NCBI GenBank assembly: GCA_965237905.1
Contig: OZ250172.1
Coordinates: forward strand, 2,976,001 to 3,040,000
DNA length: 64,000 nucleotides
Direction: 5' to 3'
From: Nitrospinaceae bacterium
GTDB taxonomy: Bacteria > Nitrospinota > Nitrospinia > Nitrospinales > Nitrospinaceae
Within the stretch, counting starts at the first letter, position 1; the number at the start of each line of letters is the position of its first letter. Both the position numbers and the translations under genes were made by a program. The notes under the pieces were generated by a model, which was not told the DNA's origin, did no database searches, and saw only the letters and a program-made list of their open reading frames with translations. Positions 40,186 to 49,964 of the stretch are shown here, one piece after another.

Positions 40186-40671
40186 ATGAAAAAAATCATC
40201 CCTATTCTCCTGATCGCTATTTTTTTGACTCACCCAGCTTGGGCCGCCGGCCCGAAGGCGGGAGATTCCGCCCCTGATTTCTCTTTAAATGCCATCACCG
40301 GGGGACAACATACCTTGAGCGATTTAAAGGGCAAAGTGATTCTGGTGGGCATGTTTCATATTTGCGTGCCTTGTATGAATCAGGCCATGGAATTCGAAAA
40401 AGTCCGAAAGGCGTTGAACACTGATAAACTGGTTATCCTGGGAATCAATACCAGTGGTGATTCTAAAAAAGCGGTACAGGATTACCTTGCGGGATTTCCC
40501 AAGCCGGTGCATTTCCCATACTTGCTGGATCCCAGCCAGACCGTTCACAAGGCTTATACCCAAAGGGATATGCCCACTGTTTTGATTATCGATTCTAAAG
40601 GGGTCCTCAGGGCCCGAAGTCCTTCGGTCGGAGCCGATCAGCTGGTTCCCTATCTCCAAAAATTACTCTAG
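40186..40671 (+). CDS. Exported TlpA/redoxin-like thiol-disulfide oxidoreductase
   Basis: Signal peptide; GDSAPDFSL, LSDLKGKV, CVPC, MPT.LIID..G. Confidence 0.88.
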   Translation: MKKIIPILLIAIFLTHPAWAAGPKAGDSAPDFSLNAITGGQHTLSDLKGKVILVGMFHICVPCMNQAMEFEKVRKALNTDKLVILGINTSGDSKKAVQDYLAGFPKPVHFPYLLDPSQTVHKAYTQRDMPTVLIIDSKGVLRARSPSVGADQLVPYLQKLL

Positions 40672-40764
40672 GCATCATCCCCAAGCCGTTAAAGAAGTAC
40701 AGGGAACGCGGTTTAGAATGCCGTATTCCCTTTTGTCCTTGCCAAAGTTTTTCTTCGGGAATCC

Positions 40765-41937
40765 ATGAAAGTTTTTTATCTCGCCAGGATCAATACGGCC
40801 ACCGAAGACGCCAGCACCCGTCACGTTTTTGAATTTTGCCGGCAATTCGCGCGACTGGGACACGAGGTGGTTCTGTTCGTTCCCAATTTGGGCGAGAGAC
40901 GGGAACTCCCGGGTGTCCGGTTCGTCCATGTGCCGGTGATCTTTAAAAACTCCGGAGTGACCTTCTTCTCCTTTTATCTGAGCCTGTTTTTTATTCTTTC
41001 ATTACATTGTTTGAAATCCCGGCCGGATGTTCTTTATACCCGTCTCCAGACCATGGAATGGATGGCCACTCTACTGAAGTGTGTGTTCCGGTTCAAATAT
41101 GTCGTTGAGGTCAACGGATTGGCCCCCGTGGAAATGAAAATCAATACCGTGTCACAGGGGTGGATTGCCTTTGTCACTTTTATGGAGCGGATCATTTACA
41201 AGCTGTCGGATCAAGTGGTGGTGCCCTCGGCATTGATTCGTGATTATTTGTGCCGGAATTACGGTGTGAAGGAAGACTCCGTATTGGTGGTGAGCAACGG
41301 TGCCAATCCGGAGTTCTCCCGGCCCATGGATAAGACCGAATGCCGGAACCAATTGGGATTGCCGCCGGATGGAAATTATCTGGTGTTCGTGGGTTCCTTA
41401 AAGCAGTGGCATGGGATCGACCGGCTGGTTCCTTTAATGCCTGCTCTGGTTGAAGAGTGTCCCGGCCTTCATCTATTGATCGTCGGTGACGGCGAAAAAA
41501 AGGATGATCTGAAGCAGTGGATTGACGAAAAACAAATGAGCCGGAATATTATTCTGGCAGGGCGGGTTCCTTTTGAGCAAGTTCCCGTCTATATCAATGC
41601 CGGGGATATTTGTCTGGCTCCTTACTTTGAAGAGGGACTGAACGAGACCGGCATTTCTCCTCTCAAGATATTTGAGTACATGGCTTGCGGGCGGCCCATC
41701 ATTACGAACCCCGTGGGTGGACTGGATGCTCTGTTTCACGAGCATGAAATTGGGATGATGATCCATTCCATGAATCCGAGTGATTGGGAAAAGCCTATCA
41801 AGGATTTGCTCGGTGATCCCGAAAAAATGAAAACCCTGGGGGACAACGGTTACCGGGCGGTACAAACGCATTATAGCTGGGAGGCTATTTGCAAAAAAAT
41901 CGAGACCGCTCTCGAACGATTAGTTTCCTCAAGATGA
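40765..41937 (+). CDS. Glycosyltransferase family 4
   Basis: VVSNGAN, FVGSL..WHG, IVGDG, SPLKIFEYMACGRPII. Confidence 0.92.
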   Translation: MKVFYLARINTATEDASTRHVFEFCRQFARLGHEVVLFVPNLGERRELPGVRFVHVPVIFKNSGVTFFSFYLSLFFILSLHCLKSRPDVLYTRLQTMEWMATLLKCVFRFKYVVEVNGLAPVEMKINTVSQGWIAFVTFMERIIYKLSDQVVVPSALIRDYLCRNYGVKEDSVLVVSNGANPEFSRPMDKTECRNQLGLPPDGNYLVFVGSLKQWHGIDRLVPLMPALVEECPGLHLLIVGDGEKKDDLKQWIDEKQMSRNIILAGRVPFEQVPVYINAGDICLAPYFEEGLNETGISPLKIFEYMACGRPIITNPVGGLDALFHEHEIGMMIHSMNPSDWEKPIKDLLGDPEKMKTLGDNGYRAVQTHYSWEAICKKIETALERLVSSR

Positions 41938-43067
41938 AAACGTTCCTCTATCTTTTCAGCTTTTTGCTGGTATGGATGCCGGCTCAGCTATGGGCCTTCA
42001 ACTGGCATTACGAAGGACGCTTCCGCGCCAGTTCGCAGATATTGTTCGACCCTCCTCCTGCTGACCTCTCCCGTTTCGATCATGAAATCGAGTTGAGAAA
42101 CGGTTTGGTCGGTAACTTGTTTGAAAAAGACGGTCACATTTTTGATTATGAAGTGGTCGGCGATCTGCTTTATACCGGAGGCATTCGCGAAGAAATTGGC
42201 GTGGTGGAAGAATACGATGCTGAGTTGTTTCGTGGCTGGATTCGATATGAGAAGGGCAATTTTAAAATCCGGGGCGGCCGCCAACAGATTCTTTTCGGGG
42301 CGAGCACATTGTTTCGTCCCCTCGGTTTCTTTGACACCCGAGTCATTTCCGGAATTATCCCTCTCACGCGGGGGGTCGACGGATTGCGGTCGACTTATTT
42401 CCTGAGCAGTACCTCTTCGGTTCAGGGTTGGGCTATAGCTGCGAAGACCGGAAACCGGGTTATTACTGGATTACGGGGTGAGGCGAACTTTGGCCCGATC
42501 GAAGCCGGCGTTGCCTTACAATACCATCCTAAAACCGATCTTCCCTTTCTAGCCGACTTTAATCTTGAAATGGTTCAGATGGGATATCACCTCAAGGGCG
42601 AGTATGTTGTGGGTTACTGGAACGAAAGCCGGTTGGATATTCAGCAGGACCAGCCTGGCGACCCTTTAAGGTTTGATACGGTCTTCGGTGTCGATTACAC
42701 TTTTGATGTGGGGCAGGGTCTTCATGTCCTTCTGGAATATTTTTTCAGGACGCAGGAGCCGGGTTTTACCAATATCGATTTAAAGCAGGATCGGACCCTC
42801 CAGGTCATGGGCTTGCAACTGGACCAGCCGGTTGGGATTGATGTCGTCTGGCGGGCGTTTTTCTTTTTTGACTTGAGTGACCAGAGCTTTCAATTCGCCC
42901 CGCAAATCGAGTACAACCTATGGGATCAGGTGTATTTGTATGCTCAAGTCCAGGTTGGAGGCAGTATCGACGGGAATAATCGGACTGGCCGTTTGTTCCG
43001 TGAATCCCCAGTAGTTGTTACAGGAACCGAGTCACGTGCCGGCCTGTCGTTAATCGCGTTTTTCTGA
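41934..43067 (+). CDS. Putative outer-membrane beta-barrel protein
   Basis: Signal peptide, alternating beta-strand pattern, GRQQILFG..F.P...F, C-terminal Phe. Confidence 0.65.
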   Translation: MKTFLYLFSFLLVWMPAQLWAFNWHYEGRFRASSQILFDPPPADLSRFDHEIELRNGLVGNLFEKDGHIFDYEVVGDLLYTGGIREEIGVVEEYDAELFRGWIRYEKGNFKIRGGRQQILFGASTLFRPLGFFDTRVISGIIPLTRGVDGLRSTYFLSSTSSVQGWAIAAKTGNRVITGLRGEANFGPIEAGVALQYHPKTDLPFLADFNLEMVQMGYHLKGEYVVGYWNESRLDIQQDQPGDPLRFDTVFGVDYTFDVGQGLHVLLEYFFRTQEPGFTNIDLKQDRTLQVMGLQLDQPVGIDVVWRAFFFFDLSDQSFQFAPQIEYNLWDQVYLYAQVQVGGSIDGNNRTGRLFRESPVVVTGTESRAGLSLIAFF

Positions 43068-43774
43068 TGAGCAATATGGTAACGATCGATCATGTATCCA
43101 AAGTGTACCGGGTGGGCGGCCAGGATTTCACCGCACTCCATGACATCAGCCTCGAAATCTATGAAGGCGCGTTCATGTCGTTTGTCGGTCCGTCGGGATC
43201 TGGAAAAACGACCCTATTGAATTTGATGGGAGGGTTGGATCAACCCACTTCCGGCAAAATTCTCTTCAAAGACCGGCCTTTGAACCAAATGGACCGCGAT
43301 GAATTGGCCGCCTTCCGGAGAGAGAATGTCGGTTTTATTTTTCAATCCTACAATCTGCTTCCGGTCTATACGGTTTACGAAAATGTATTGTTCCCGCTGT
43401 TACTGAACGATGCCAAAGAATCAGCCGTCCGGGAGAAAGTCAAATCCCTGGTCGATCTGGTCGGCCTGACTCCTGAAATCAATAAGCGGCCGACCGAGCT
43501 TTCCGGCGGCCAGTGTCAGCGTGTGGCTATTGCCCGCGCTTTGATCAAAGATCCTGCGCTAGTTCTGGCGGACGAACCCACCGCTAACCTCGATGCCGAG
43601 AACTCTTACCATATCTTGGAACTGATGTTGAAACTCAACCGCGATTTCAAGGCCGCTTTTGTGTTTTGCACGCATGACGAAAAGGTAACCAAATACGTTC
43701 GGCGGGAGGTGCGTTTGGATGACGGTTTTGTGCAATGGGATAAAACCAAGCAACCCGATGGCGAATTGAAATGA
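43067..43774 (+). CDS. ABC transporter ATP-binding protein (LolD/MacB-like)
   Basis: GPSGSGKT, GFIFQSYNL, LSGGQCQRVAIARAL, LADEPTANLD, THD. Confidence 0.95.
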   Translation: MSNMVTIDHVSKVYRVGGQDFTALHDISLEIYEGAFMSFVGPSGSGKTTLLNLMGGLDQPTSGKILFKDRPLNQMDRDELAAFRRENVGFIFQSYNLLPVYTVYENVLFPLLLNDAKESAVREKVKSLVDLVGLTPEINKRPTELSGGQCQRVAIARALIKDPALVLADEPTANLDAENSYHILELMLKLNRDFKAAFVFCTHDEKVTKYVRREVRLDDGFVQWDKTKQPDGELK

Positions 43775-44940
43775 TTTTTCAAATTGCACTTAAAAATTTT
43801 CTGAGACAGGGGATGCGGTCCTTTTTGAACGTGCTGGTTACCGCTCTTGCCATGGTGGCGGTGGTCTTCAATCTTTCGTTGTACAACGGATTCCAGGAGC
43901 AGGCGGTACGCAACATGGTGTCTACCGATGTCGCGGGAGGCCATTACCGGACGCCCGATTTCGATATTCTCGCTCCCATGGAATGGGAAGACCAGACCTT
44001 CCAAACTCGCGATGCCCTTTCTGGCCTGCCGTCATCCGATAAGGCCGAGGTGTTGGTTCTGCAGGGACAGATTTTTCCCAACCGCCGTTTGTTTCCGGTG
44101 CAACTGCGCGGTATGGACATGCAACAAACGCTACTGGACCTTCCTTTAAACAAGCTGGAGCAATGGCAAGCACCGGTGGACGATGTCATTCCCATTATTA
44201 TTGGAAAGCAAATGGCCGGAAAATCTCATCTTCACATTGGAGACGGTGTGGTCCTGAGATGGCGGGACCGTTTCGGGGCGGTAGATGCGCTGGATGCCAA
44301 GGTGGTGGATGTGGTGCCTCTGATCAATCCCCGTATTGACGAAGGCGTGGTGTGGATGCGCCTCGATCATCTGCGCCAGATCACCCAGCGCGAAGGTGAA
44401 GTCACCTGGGTGGCGGTGAAAGAATTTCAGGGAACCATCGCCAGTACGGAGTTTCAAGAGCCGGAGATACTTCTCAAAGATATTCTCGAACTCATCCGGC
44501 AGGACCGGAAGTATGCGGTCATCATCTGGGCCATTCTGATTTTCCTCGCGGGCATCAGCGTCTTCAACACGCAATTCCTGAATATCTTCAAGCGCCAGCG
44601 GGAAATCGGCACGCTGATGGCCTTCGGCATGCCACCCAATCGTGTGGTCCGGTTGTTTACTGTGGAAGGAAGCCTGGCGGCATTTTCGGCAGTGATAGTG
44701 GCTTTAGTTCTGGGAACGATCATCTTCGCCTGGTTCCAGAGTGTGGGGCTGGATGTTTCGCATCTCGCGGAATCCCAAATCCCCATTCGTGAAAATATTT
44801 TTTTAAAAATTGAACCGGTTGAAGTGATCATCTCCATGCTGGTCATTGTCGTCATCATGATCCTGGTCGCCTGGGCCCCTGTCCGGAAAATCTCGAGAGT
44901 GAACCCCACCCAGGCGCTAAGAGGGAGGGCGATCACATGA
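43771..44940 (+). CDS. FtsX/LolE-like ABC permease
   Basis: FQIALKNFLR..RS, large periplasmic loop, KRQREIGTLMAFG, P.QALR. Confidence 0.9.
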   Translation: MIFQIALKNFLRQGMRSFLNVLVTALAMVAVVFNLSLYNGFQEQAVRNMVSTDVAGGHYRTPDFDILAPMEWEDQTFQTRDALSGLPSSDKAEVLVLQGQIFPNRRLFPVQLRGMDMQQTLLDLPLNKLEQWQAPVDDVIPIIIGKQMAGKSHLHIGDGVVLRWRDRFGAVDALDAKVVDVVPLINPRIDEGVVWMRLDHLRQITQREGEVTWVAVKEFQGTIASTEFQEPEILLKDILELIRQDRKYAVIIWAILIFLAGISVFNTQFLNIFKRQREIGTLMAFGMPPNRVVRLFTVEGSLAAFSAVIVALVLGTIIFAWFQSVGLDVSHLAESQIPIRENIFLKIEPVEVIISMLVIVVIMILVAWAPVRKISRVNPTQALRGRAIT

Positions 44941-46238
44941 TCCGATGGCTCTTGAAAGGAATATGGCGTGACAAAACACGGTCTCTATTTCCTTTTCTGG
45001 TAATCACCGTGGGAGTGACCCTGTTGATTTATTTGCTGGGATTCATGGAGGGTGTCTTTGCCGGAATGATTGATATATCCGCTCATCTGGATACCGGCCA
45101 CCTGCGATTTGTCAACAAACCGTTTTACGATGAGGAGCACCTGGTTCCCCTCGACCGGGCGCTGGCCGGACAAAAGGAGACTCTGCAATGGTTGCAGCAA
45201 AATGGCGACCCGCGGATTGAGTGGTCGCCTCGAATCCGATGGGGGGCCATCATGGATGTTCCCGATGAAAAGGGAGAAACGAAATCACAAACCCCCGTGG
45301 TGGGTATGGCCATTGATCTGTTGGACAAGAATTCTCCCGAGCGAGAACGGTTAGATTTGGAAAAATCCGTGATCGAAGGAGTGACCCCCTCCCGTGCCAA
45401 GGAAATGTTGGTGGGCTACAAACTGGCCGAGGCTTTAGGATTGAGTTTGGGAGACACGGTTACTTTACTAGGACAAAATTTTGATGGCGGGATGGCGACG
45501 GACAATTACCAGGTGGTCGGTTTTGTGCGGTTTGGTCTGGCGGCGATGGACAAGAAAATGGCTTTGATTGATCTGGCCGATGCCCAGCAAACGTTTTATA
45601 TGGAGGATATGGTCACTGATTTCCTGGGGTTTTTGCCAATGAATGTTGGATATAAAAAATATGATCGGCTTAAACAGAATATAATGGATCATCTTCCAGC
45701 ATTGAAGCAAAACCCGCCCAGGGAGTGGGCTTCGGATGATGAACCCCTGATCCTATCTGTCCTTGATCAAAGAAACCTGCGGGAGCTGTCCGTAAAATTT
45801 GAGTTGGTCGATGATGTCGTGATTGGAGTGTTCACCTTTTTGATGGTCCTGGTGCTCTGGAATGCGGGTCTTCTCAACGGGGTGCACCGCTACGGTGAAA
45901 TGGGGTTACTGCTTGCTCTGGGAGAAACCCATAAAAAATTAATAGCGCTCATGACGCTGGAAGCCTTGATGATCGGTTTATTGGGTTCTGCCGCCGGTTG
46001 TCTTATTGGTGGGGGTCTGGTGTACTACCTGCAGGAAGTGGGCATCAGCACGCACGGGATTTTCGAGACATCGGGACTCATGATGAGTGACATCATTCGC
46101 GCCCGGGTCAGCCTGGATGCCTTCGTATTTGCGGTGATCCCAGGAGTTACCGCCAGCGTGTTGGGCAACCTGATCGCCAACCTCGCCATTTTTCAACGCT
46201 CGGAAGCCAACCTGTTCCGCGAACTGGAGGCCGGATGA
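44937..46238 (+). CDS. FtsX/LolC-like ABC permease
   Basis: WRDKTRS, RYGEMGLLLALGE, 4-TM MacB-type topology. Confidence 0.9.
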   Translation: MIRWLLKGIWRDKTRSLFPFLVITVGVTLLIYLLGFMEGVFAGMIDISAHLDTGHLRFVNKPFYDEEHLVPLDRALAGQKETLQWLQQNGDPRIEWSPRIRWGAIMDVPDEKGETKSQTPVVGMAIDLLDKNSPERERLDLEKSVIEGVTPSRAKEMLVGYKLAEALGLSLGDTVTLLGQNFDGGMATDNYQVVGFVRFGLAAMDKKMALIDLADAQQTFYMEDMVTDFLGFLPMNVGYKKYDRLKQNIMDHLPALKQNPPREWASDDEPLILSVLDQRNLRELSVKFELVDDVVIGVFTFLMVLVLWNAGLLNGVHRYGEMGLLLALGETHKKLIALMTLEALMIGLLGSAAGCLIGGGLVYYLQEVGISTHGIFETSGLMMSDIIRARVSLDAFVFAVIPGVTASVLGNLIANLAIFQRSEANLFRELEAG

Positions 46239-47008
46239 CAAAATTTTATTTTAACAGGATGATAGGCGGCTTACTATTCTTCGCCTCAGTCTGGAGTTTA
46301 TTGTTGCCCGTCACGGGCCGGACGGAAGACGATCGGGCGCATCGACTATTGGTGGAAGTGGATAAAAACATATGGGCCACCACCAAGTATATCGACGGAC
46401 GGTTGATCATCGACAACGGCAGACGCGTCAGAACGCTTTCGATGGAAAGCTGGATGGAAGGCGTGGTCAAGTCCTACAGTTATTACAAGGCGCCTGCGCG
46501 AGAGCGTGGAACCAAAATGCTGAAACTGGAAAAAAAGTTATGGATGTACACGCCTCATACCGATCGCAAAATCTTGATTGCCGGGCACCTGTTACGGCAA
46601 TCGATGATGGGGAGTGATCTTTCCTATGAAGATATGATGGAGGATGAAAAAATCAGCGAAGCCTATGTCGGAACCATTGACGGTATGGAAGAGATGGAGG
46701 GTGTGAAAACATTGATGATGACGCTCAAGGCCAAACGAAAAACCAAAACTTACCAGACCCTTAAGGTCTGGATCGATCCGGTTAAGAATATCGTGCTCAA
46801 GGAAGAGGCGTATGCCAAAAGCGGGAAACTGCTCAAGCTCATTTACTTCAAGGAATACCGGAGTATCGGCAAACGCCTGTTTCCCCGGAAGATGATCTTT
46901 CGCGATATGCTCAAAGAAAACACCCAAACCACCTACATGTTCGATAAAATTCAGTTCGACATCGACATCCCCGCCAAATACTTTTCCCAGCGCGTTCTGA
47001 AGCGCTGA
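46235..47008 (+). CDS. Outer-membrane lipoprotein-sorting (LolA-like) protein
   Basis: Signal peptide; PARERGTKML, LWMYTP, SMMGSDLSYED. Confidence 0.85.
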   Translation: MTKFYFNRMIGGLLFFASVWSLLLPVTGRTEDDRAHRLLVEVDKNIWATTKYIDGRLIIDNGRRVRTLSMESWMEGVVKSYSYYKAPARERGTKMLKLEKKLWMYTPHTDRKILIAGHLLRQSMMGSDLSYEDMMEDEKISEAYVGTIDGMEEMEGVKTLMMTLKAKRKTKTYQTLKVWIDPVKNIVLKEEAYAKSGKLLKLIYFKEYRSIGKRLFPRKMIFRDMLKENTQTTYMFDKIQFDIDIPAKYFSQRVLKR

Positions 47009-47106
47009 AGCCCCGGTTTTTAATGTGATAAATTTCTTCCAGGTATTTTTTTTGCCTTTATACTGAATGAAGGAATCAATCACTCATTTCAGTGGTAAGG
47101 AGGCGC

Positions 47107-47520
47107 ATGATGTTGAGAGCGTTTCAGTCAGTCAATAATGAGCAAGGTAAAACCGCGGTCATTTTTTTTGTGAGTATGGCCGTTCTCGCGTTTTTACTCC
47201 ATCCCAAGACCAGTCCGTTTGCGGAGCATTATTACAATTTCAAAGCAGAGACCCAGTTAAAACAATTGTACGACAGCTGCAAACTGGTGTGGGCCGCTGG
47301 AGGAGAGGGCAACACATCGGCGGCGAATAAAGGCAAAAAAGGCTCTGCGACGGAATGCGATCTGGCAACGGCGGCTCTATCTCCTTATGATTTTCTGCAT
47401 GACAAAAATGTTGTGATTGAAATCAAGGACGGTACCGAAGGCGGATTCTCCGCCACCGCAAAACATAAAGAGGGAACCCAGGCGGTGGAAATCAACGCGG
47501 AGGGCAAACAAGTCTCCTGA
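47107..47520 (+). CDS. Atypical type IV pilin-like protein
   Basis: NNEQG|KTAV, hydrophobic helix, P, A...L..LY..C...W, second Cys, F.ATA.H, IN..G. Confidence 0.65.
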   Translation: MMLRAFQSVNNEQGKTAVIFFVSMAVLAFLLHPKTSPFAEHYYNFKAETQLKQLYDSCKLVWAAGGEGNTSAANKGKKGSATECDLATAALSPYDFLHDKNVVIEIKDGTEGGFSATAKHKEGTQAVEINAEGKQVS

Positions 47521-47552
47521 TGAACTCAATTAATTTACGTTAAGGGGTATTT

Positions 47553-47963
47553 ATGAAGATACGGATGAAATCTTTAGAAAATGAAAGCGGAAAAACCGCA
47601 GTGGTGATTATTATTATCGTGGTTGTGATCGCTTACCTGGCTTATCCGGGAACCAGCCCGTTTAAGGCGGATTATTACAATCTCAAGGCCGAAGGAAATT
47701 TGAAGGACTTGCACAGGGCGTGCAACCGTTATTGGGCCGATGGGTACGCGCAAAGACTGGTTTCCAAGGCGACCGGTATACAAAGAGTAGCCGGACCCTG
47801 CGAACTCGATGTGATTCGAAAAGATCCCTATAATTTTAAGATGTTAGAGGGGATGAAAATTGAGATTGTCGATGGCACTAAAACCGGTTTTCAAGCCACC
47901 GGCGAACACGCCGAAGGGGACAAGGAACTCAAGGTCAATGCCGAGGGCAAGATTAAATCCTGA
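47553..47963 (+). CDS. Atypical type IV pilin-like protein (paralogue of the preceding gene)
   Basis: ENESG|KTAVVIIIIVVVIAYLAYP; AEGNLKDLHRACNRYWAD; shared SPF...YYN.KAE motif. Confidence 0.65.
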   Translation: MKIRMKSLENESGKTAVVIIIIVVVIAYLAYPGTSPFKADYYNLKAEGNLKDLHRACNRYWADGYAQRLVSKATGIQRVAGPCELDVIRKDPYNFKMLEGMKIEIVDGTKTGFQATGEHAEGDKELKVNAEGKIKS

Positions 47964-48009
47964 AAACGGTATCATCCAATTTAAGTAATAACTTTTACCA
48001 TAGACATCG

Positions 48010-48984
48010 TTATTTCTGGTTTTCGTACCCGACCTTGGCGAGGTATTTCAGAATGTGTTCCAGGTCGGCTTCGGTATTGCCGGAGGGGGTTTGCATCTCG
48101 ATAGTTTTCAAACTCACCTCGTCTCCCCGCCGAATCAGATGATACGCCAGCGAAGCTGTTTCTGTCACCCGGTTTTCGAGTGTTTCCGGTCCGACCATGA
48201 CATTGGTTTGGGGATCGATGATGTTGAGGAACAGCGTGTAGTTGTGAAGCCCGCCTTTGGAGAATTCCTTAACCCGCAAGGTTCCCGTTTTGGCGCTGGA
48301 TTTCCAGTGAACCGCCGCCATGGGGTCGCCGGGCTGATATTCCCGGATCGAATACAAATCGTCCCCGGCAAGGCCTATGGTGCCTTCTCCCTCTTCGGAA
48401 TATTCTGTTGGAGAGGGCAGGGCCACGTTTTTGATAACCGGAAAGATCAGGGTTCCCACGTCTATTTGCAGTGTTTTGGTTTTAACGAAAAAACCAAAAG
48501 GAAAACTGGTTTTCAACTGAACGGTTTTCAAAAGCACCGGCCCCCGCTTGAGACCCACAAACATCAGGCTCTTGTCCTCGGAAGACAGGGGAGGGACCTG
48601 ATACGCATAAGCTGTTTGCTCGATGCGGTAACGTCCCATCGGGTCCAGTGGGAATTCCACATACAGGGAATAGGAGGGAATGGTTTTTTTGGAATTGGAA
48701 ATCTTCAGGTACAACGGATAAGAATCATCCGGGTACACCGTTTTGGGCAGAGATACCTGAACGGATATCCCTTTCAGGGTCTGCTCGGACAATATTCCCG
48801 ACACGACAATAAAACTGCAGCACATGGCGAGAACCAGATACAGCAAGTTGTTGCCGGTGTTGATGGCGCCAATGCCCACCGCGAACAACAGAAATATAAA
48901 TCCACCCCCCTCGCGAGTGACCTGCAAAGTGCGATTGAAATAGGAGAGGGTGAAGATAGGTTTGTAATTGAGTTTCTTTTTCAA
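48010..48984 (-). CDS. DUF58 domain protein
   Basis: AINTGNNLLYL, FPFGFF, IREYQPGDP...VHWKSSAK.G.L.VKEF. Confidence 0.92.
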   Translation of the reverse strand: MKKKLNYKPIFTLSYFNRTLQVTREGGGFIFLLFAVGIGAINTGNNLLYLVLAMCCSFIVVSGILSEQTLKGISVQVSLPKTVYPDDSYPLYLKISNSKKTIPSYSLYVEFPLDPMGRYRIEQTAYAYQVPPLSSEDKSLMFVGLKRGPVLLKTVQLKTSFPFGFFVKTKTLQIDVGTLIFPVIKNVALPSPTEYSEEGEGTIGLAGDDLYSIREYQPGDPMAAVHWKSSAKTGTLRVKEFSKGGLHNYTLFLNIIDPQTNVMVGPETLENRVTETASLAYHLIRRGDEVSLKTIEMQTPSGNTEADLEHILKYLAKVGYENQK

Positions 48985-49019
48985 GGCGCCCCGGCCGGGT
49001 GAAGGTTGAAAAATTAAAA

Positions 49020-49964
49020 CTAAACGGGGATTTCCATGCGCTCGACAATGTCATTGATAATGGCGGAGGTGTCGGATACGGCTCGCTTGTGAGTGCCGTG
49101 GCGCGATTCCGGGATGACGCGGTGACACAACACGGGCACGGCCAGTTGTTTGATGTCATCTGGGATACAGTAATCGCGGCCGTAGACCAGTGCGCGCGCC
49201 CGCGCCGCCTGTTGCAAAATGATGCCTCCCCGCGGGCTGACGCCCAACGCCAGATGCGATGATTCCCGGGTAGCGGTAACCATGTTCAAAATATAATCGG
49301 TTAGGACGGGTTCGATGGTGACGGCCTCGGCTTTGCGCTGGAGTTCCAGAATATCGTTTTTGTCCAGTACTGCCTTAATGTCTCGAATGTTTTGAATGGG
49401 AGAAGCCTGAGTCAGTAATTTACGCTCATCGTCGGGTTGGGGATAACCCATGGAGATGTACATCATGAAACGGTCGAGTTGCGATTCCGGTAGCGGATGC
49501 GCCCCGTGACTTTCAATCGGGTTCTGTGTGGCGATCACCATAAAGGGATCTTCCAGTTGATAGGTCTGGTTATCCACCGTCACCTGCTTTTCATTCATGG
49601 CTTCCAGCAGGGCGCTCTGGGTGCGTGGCGAGGAACGGTTGATTTCGTCTGCCAGTACCAGATGAGCGAAGATAGGTCCCTTGTTGAAATGGAAGGTGCC
49701 TTCTTTCTGATTGTAAATCGATACCCCGACAATATCCGAAGGCAGGATGTCGTTGGTGAACTGGATGCGCCGGAAATCGAGATTGACGGAATGCGCCAGG
49801 CAATAAGCCAATGAACTTTTACCGACACCCGGAACATCCTCAATAAGCAGATGGCCTTTCGCAATCAAAGCAATAATGGCCTGCTCGATGACCTCCGGTT
49901 TGCCGACGATGGCGGAGCCAATATTGTTTTTAAGCCGCTGGATGGCGTCTTGAGCTTGAGTCAT
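49020..49964 (-). CDS. MoxR family AAA+ ATPase
   Basis: HLLIEDVPGVGKS, RRIQFT.D.LPSD, LADEINR..PRTQSALLEAM, ATQNPIE, LPESQLDRF. Confidence 0.96.
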   Translation of the reverse strand: MTQAQDAIQRLKNNIGSAIVGKPEVIEQAIIALIAKGHLLIEDVPGVGKSSLAYCLAHSVNLDFRRIQFTNDILPSDIVGVSIYNQKEGTFHFNKGPIFAHLVLADEINRSSPRTQSALLEAMNEKQVTVDNQTYQLEDPFMVIATQNPIESHGAHPLPESQLDRFMMYISMGYPQPDDERKLLTQASPIQNIRDIKAVLDKNDILELQRKAEAVTIEPVLTDYILNMVTATRESSHLALGVSPRGGIILQQAARARALVYGRDYCIPDDIKQLAVPVLCHRVIPESRHGTHKRAVSDTSAIINDIVERMEIPV

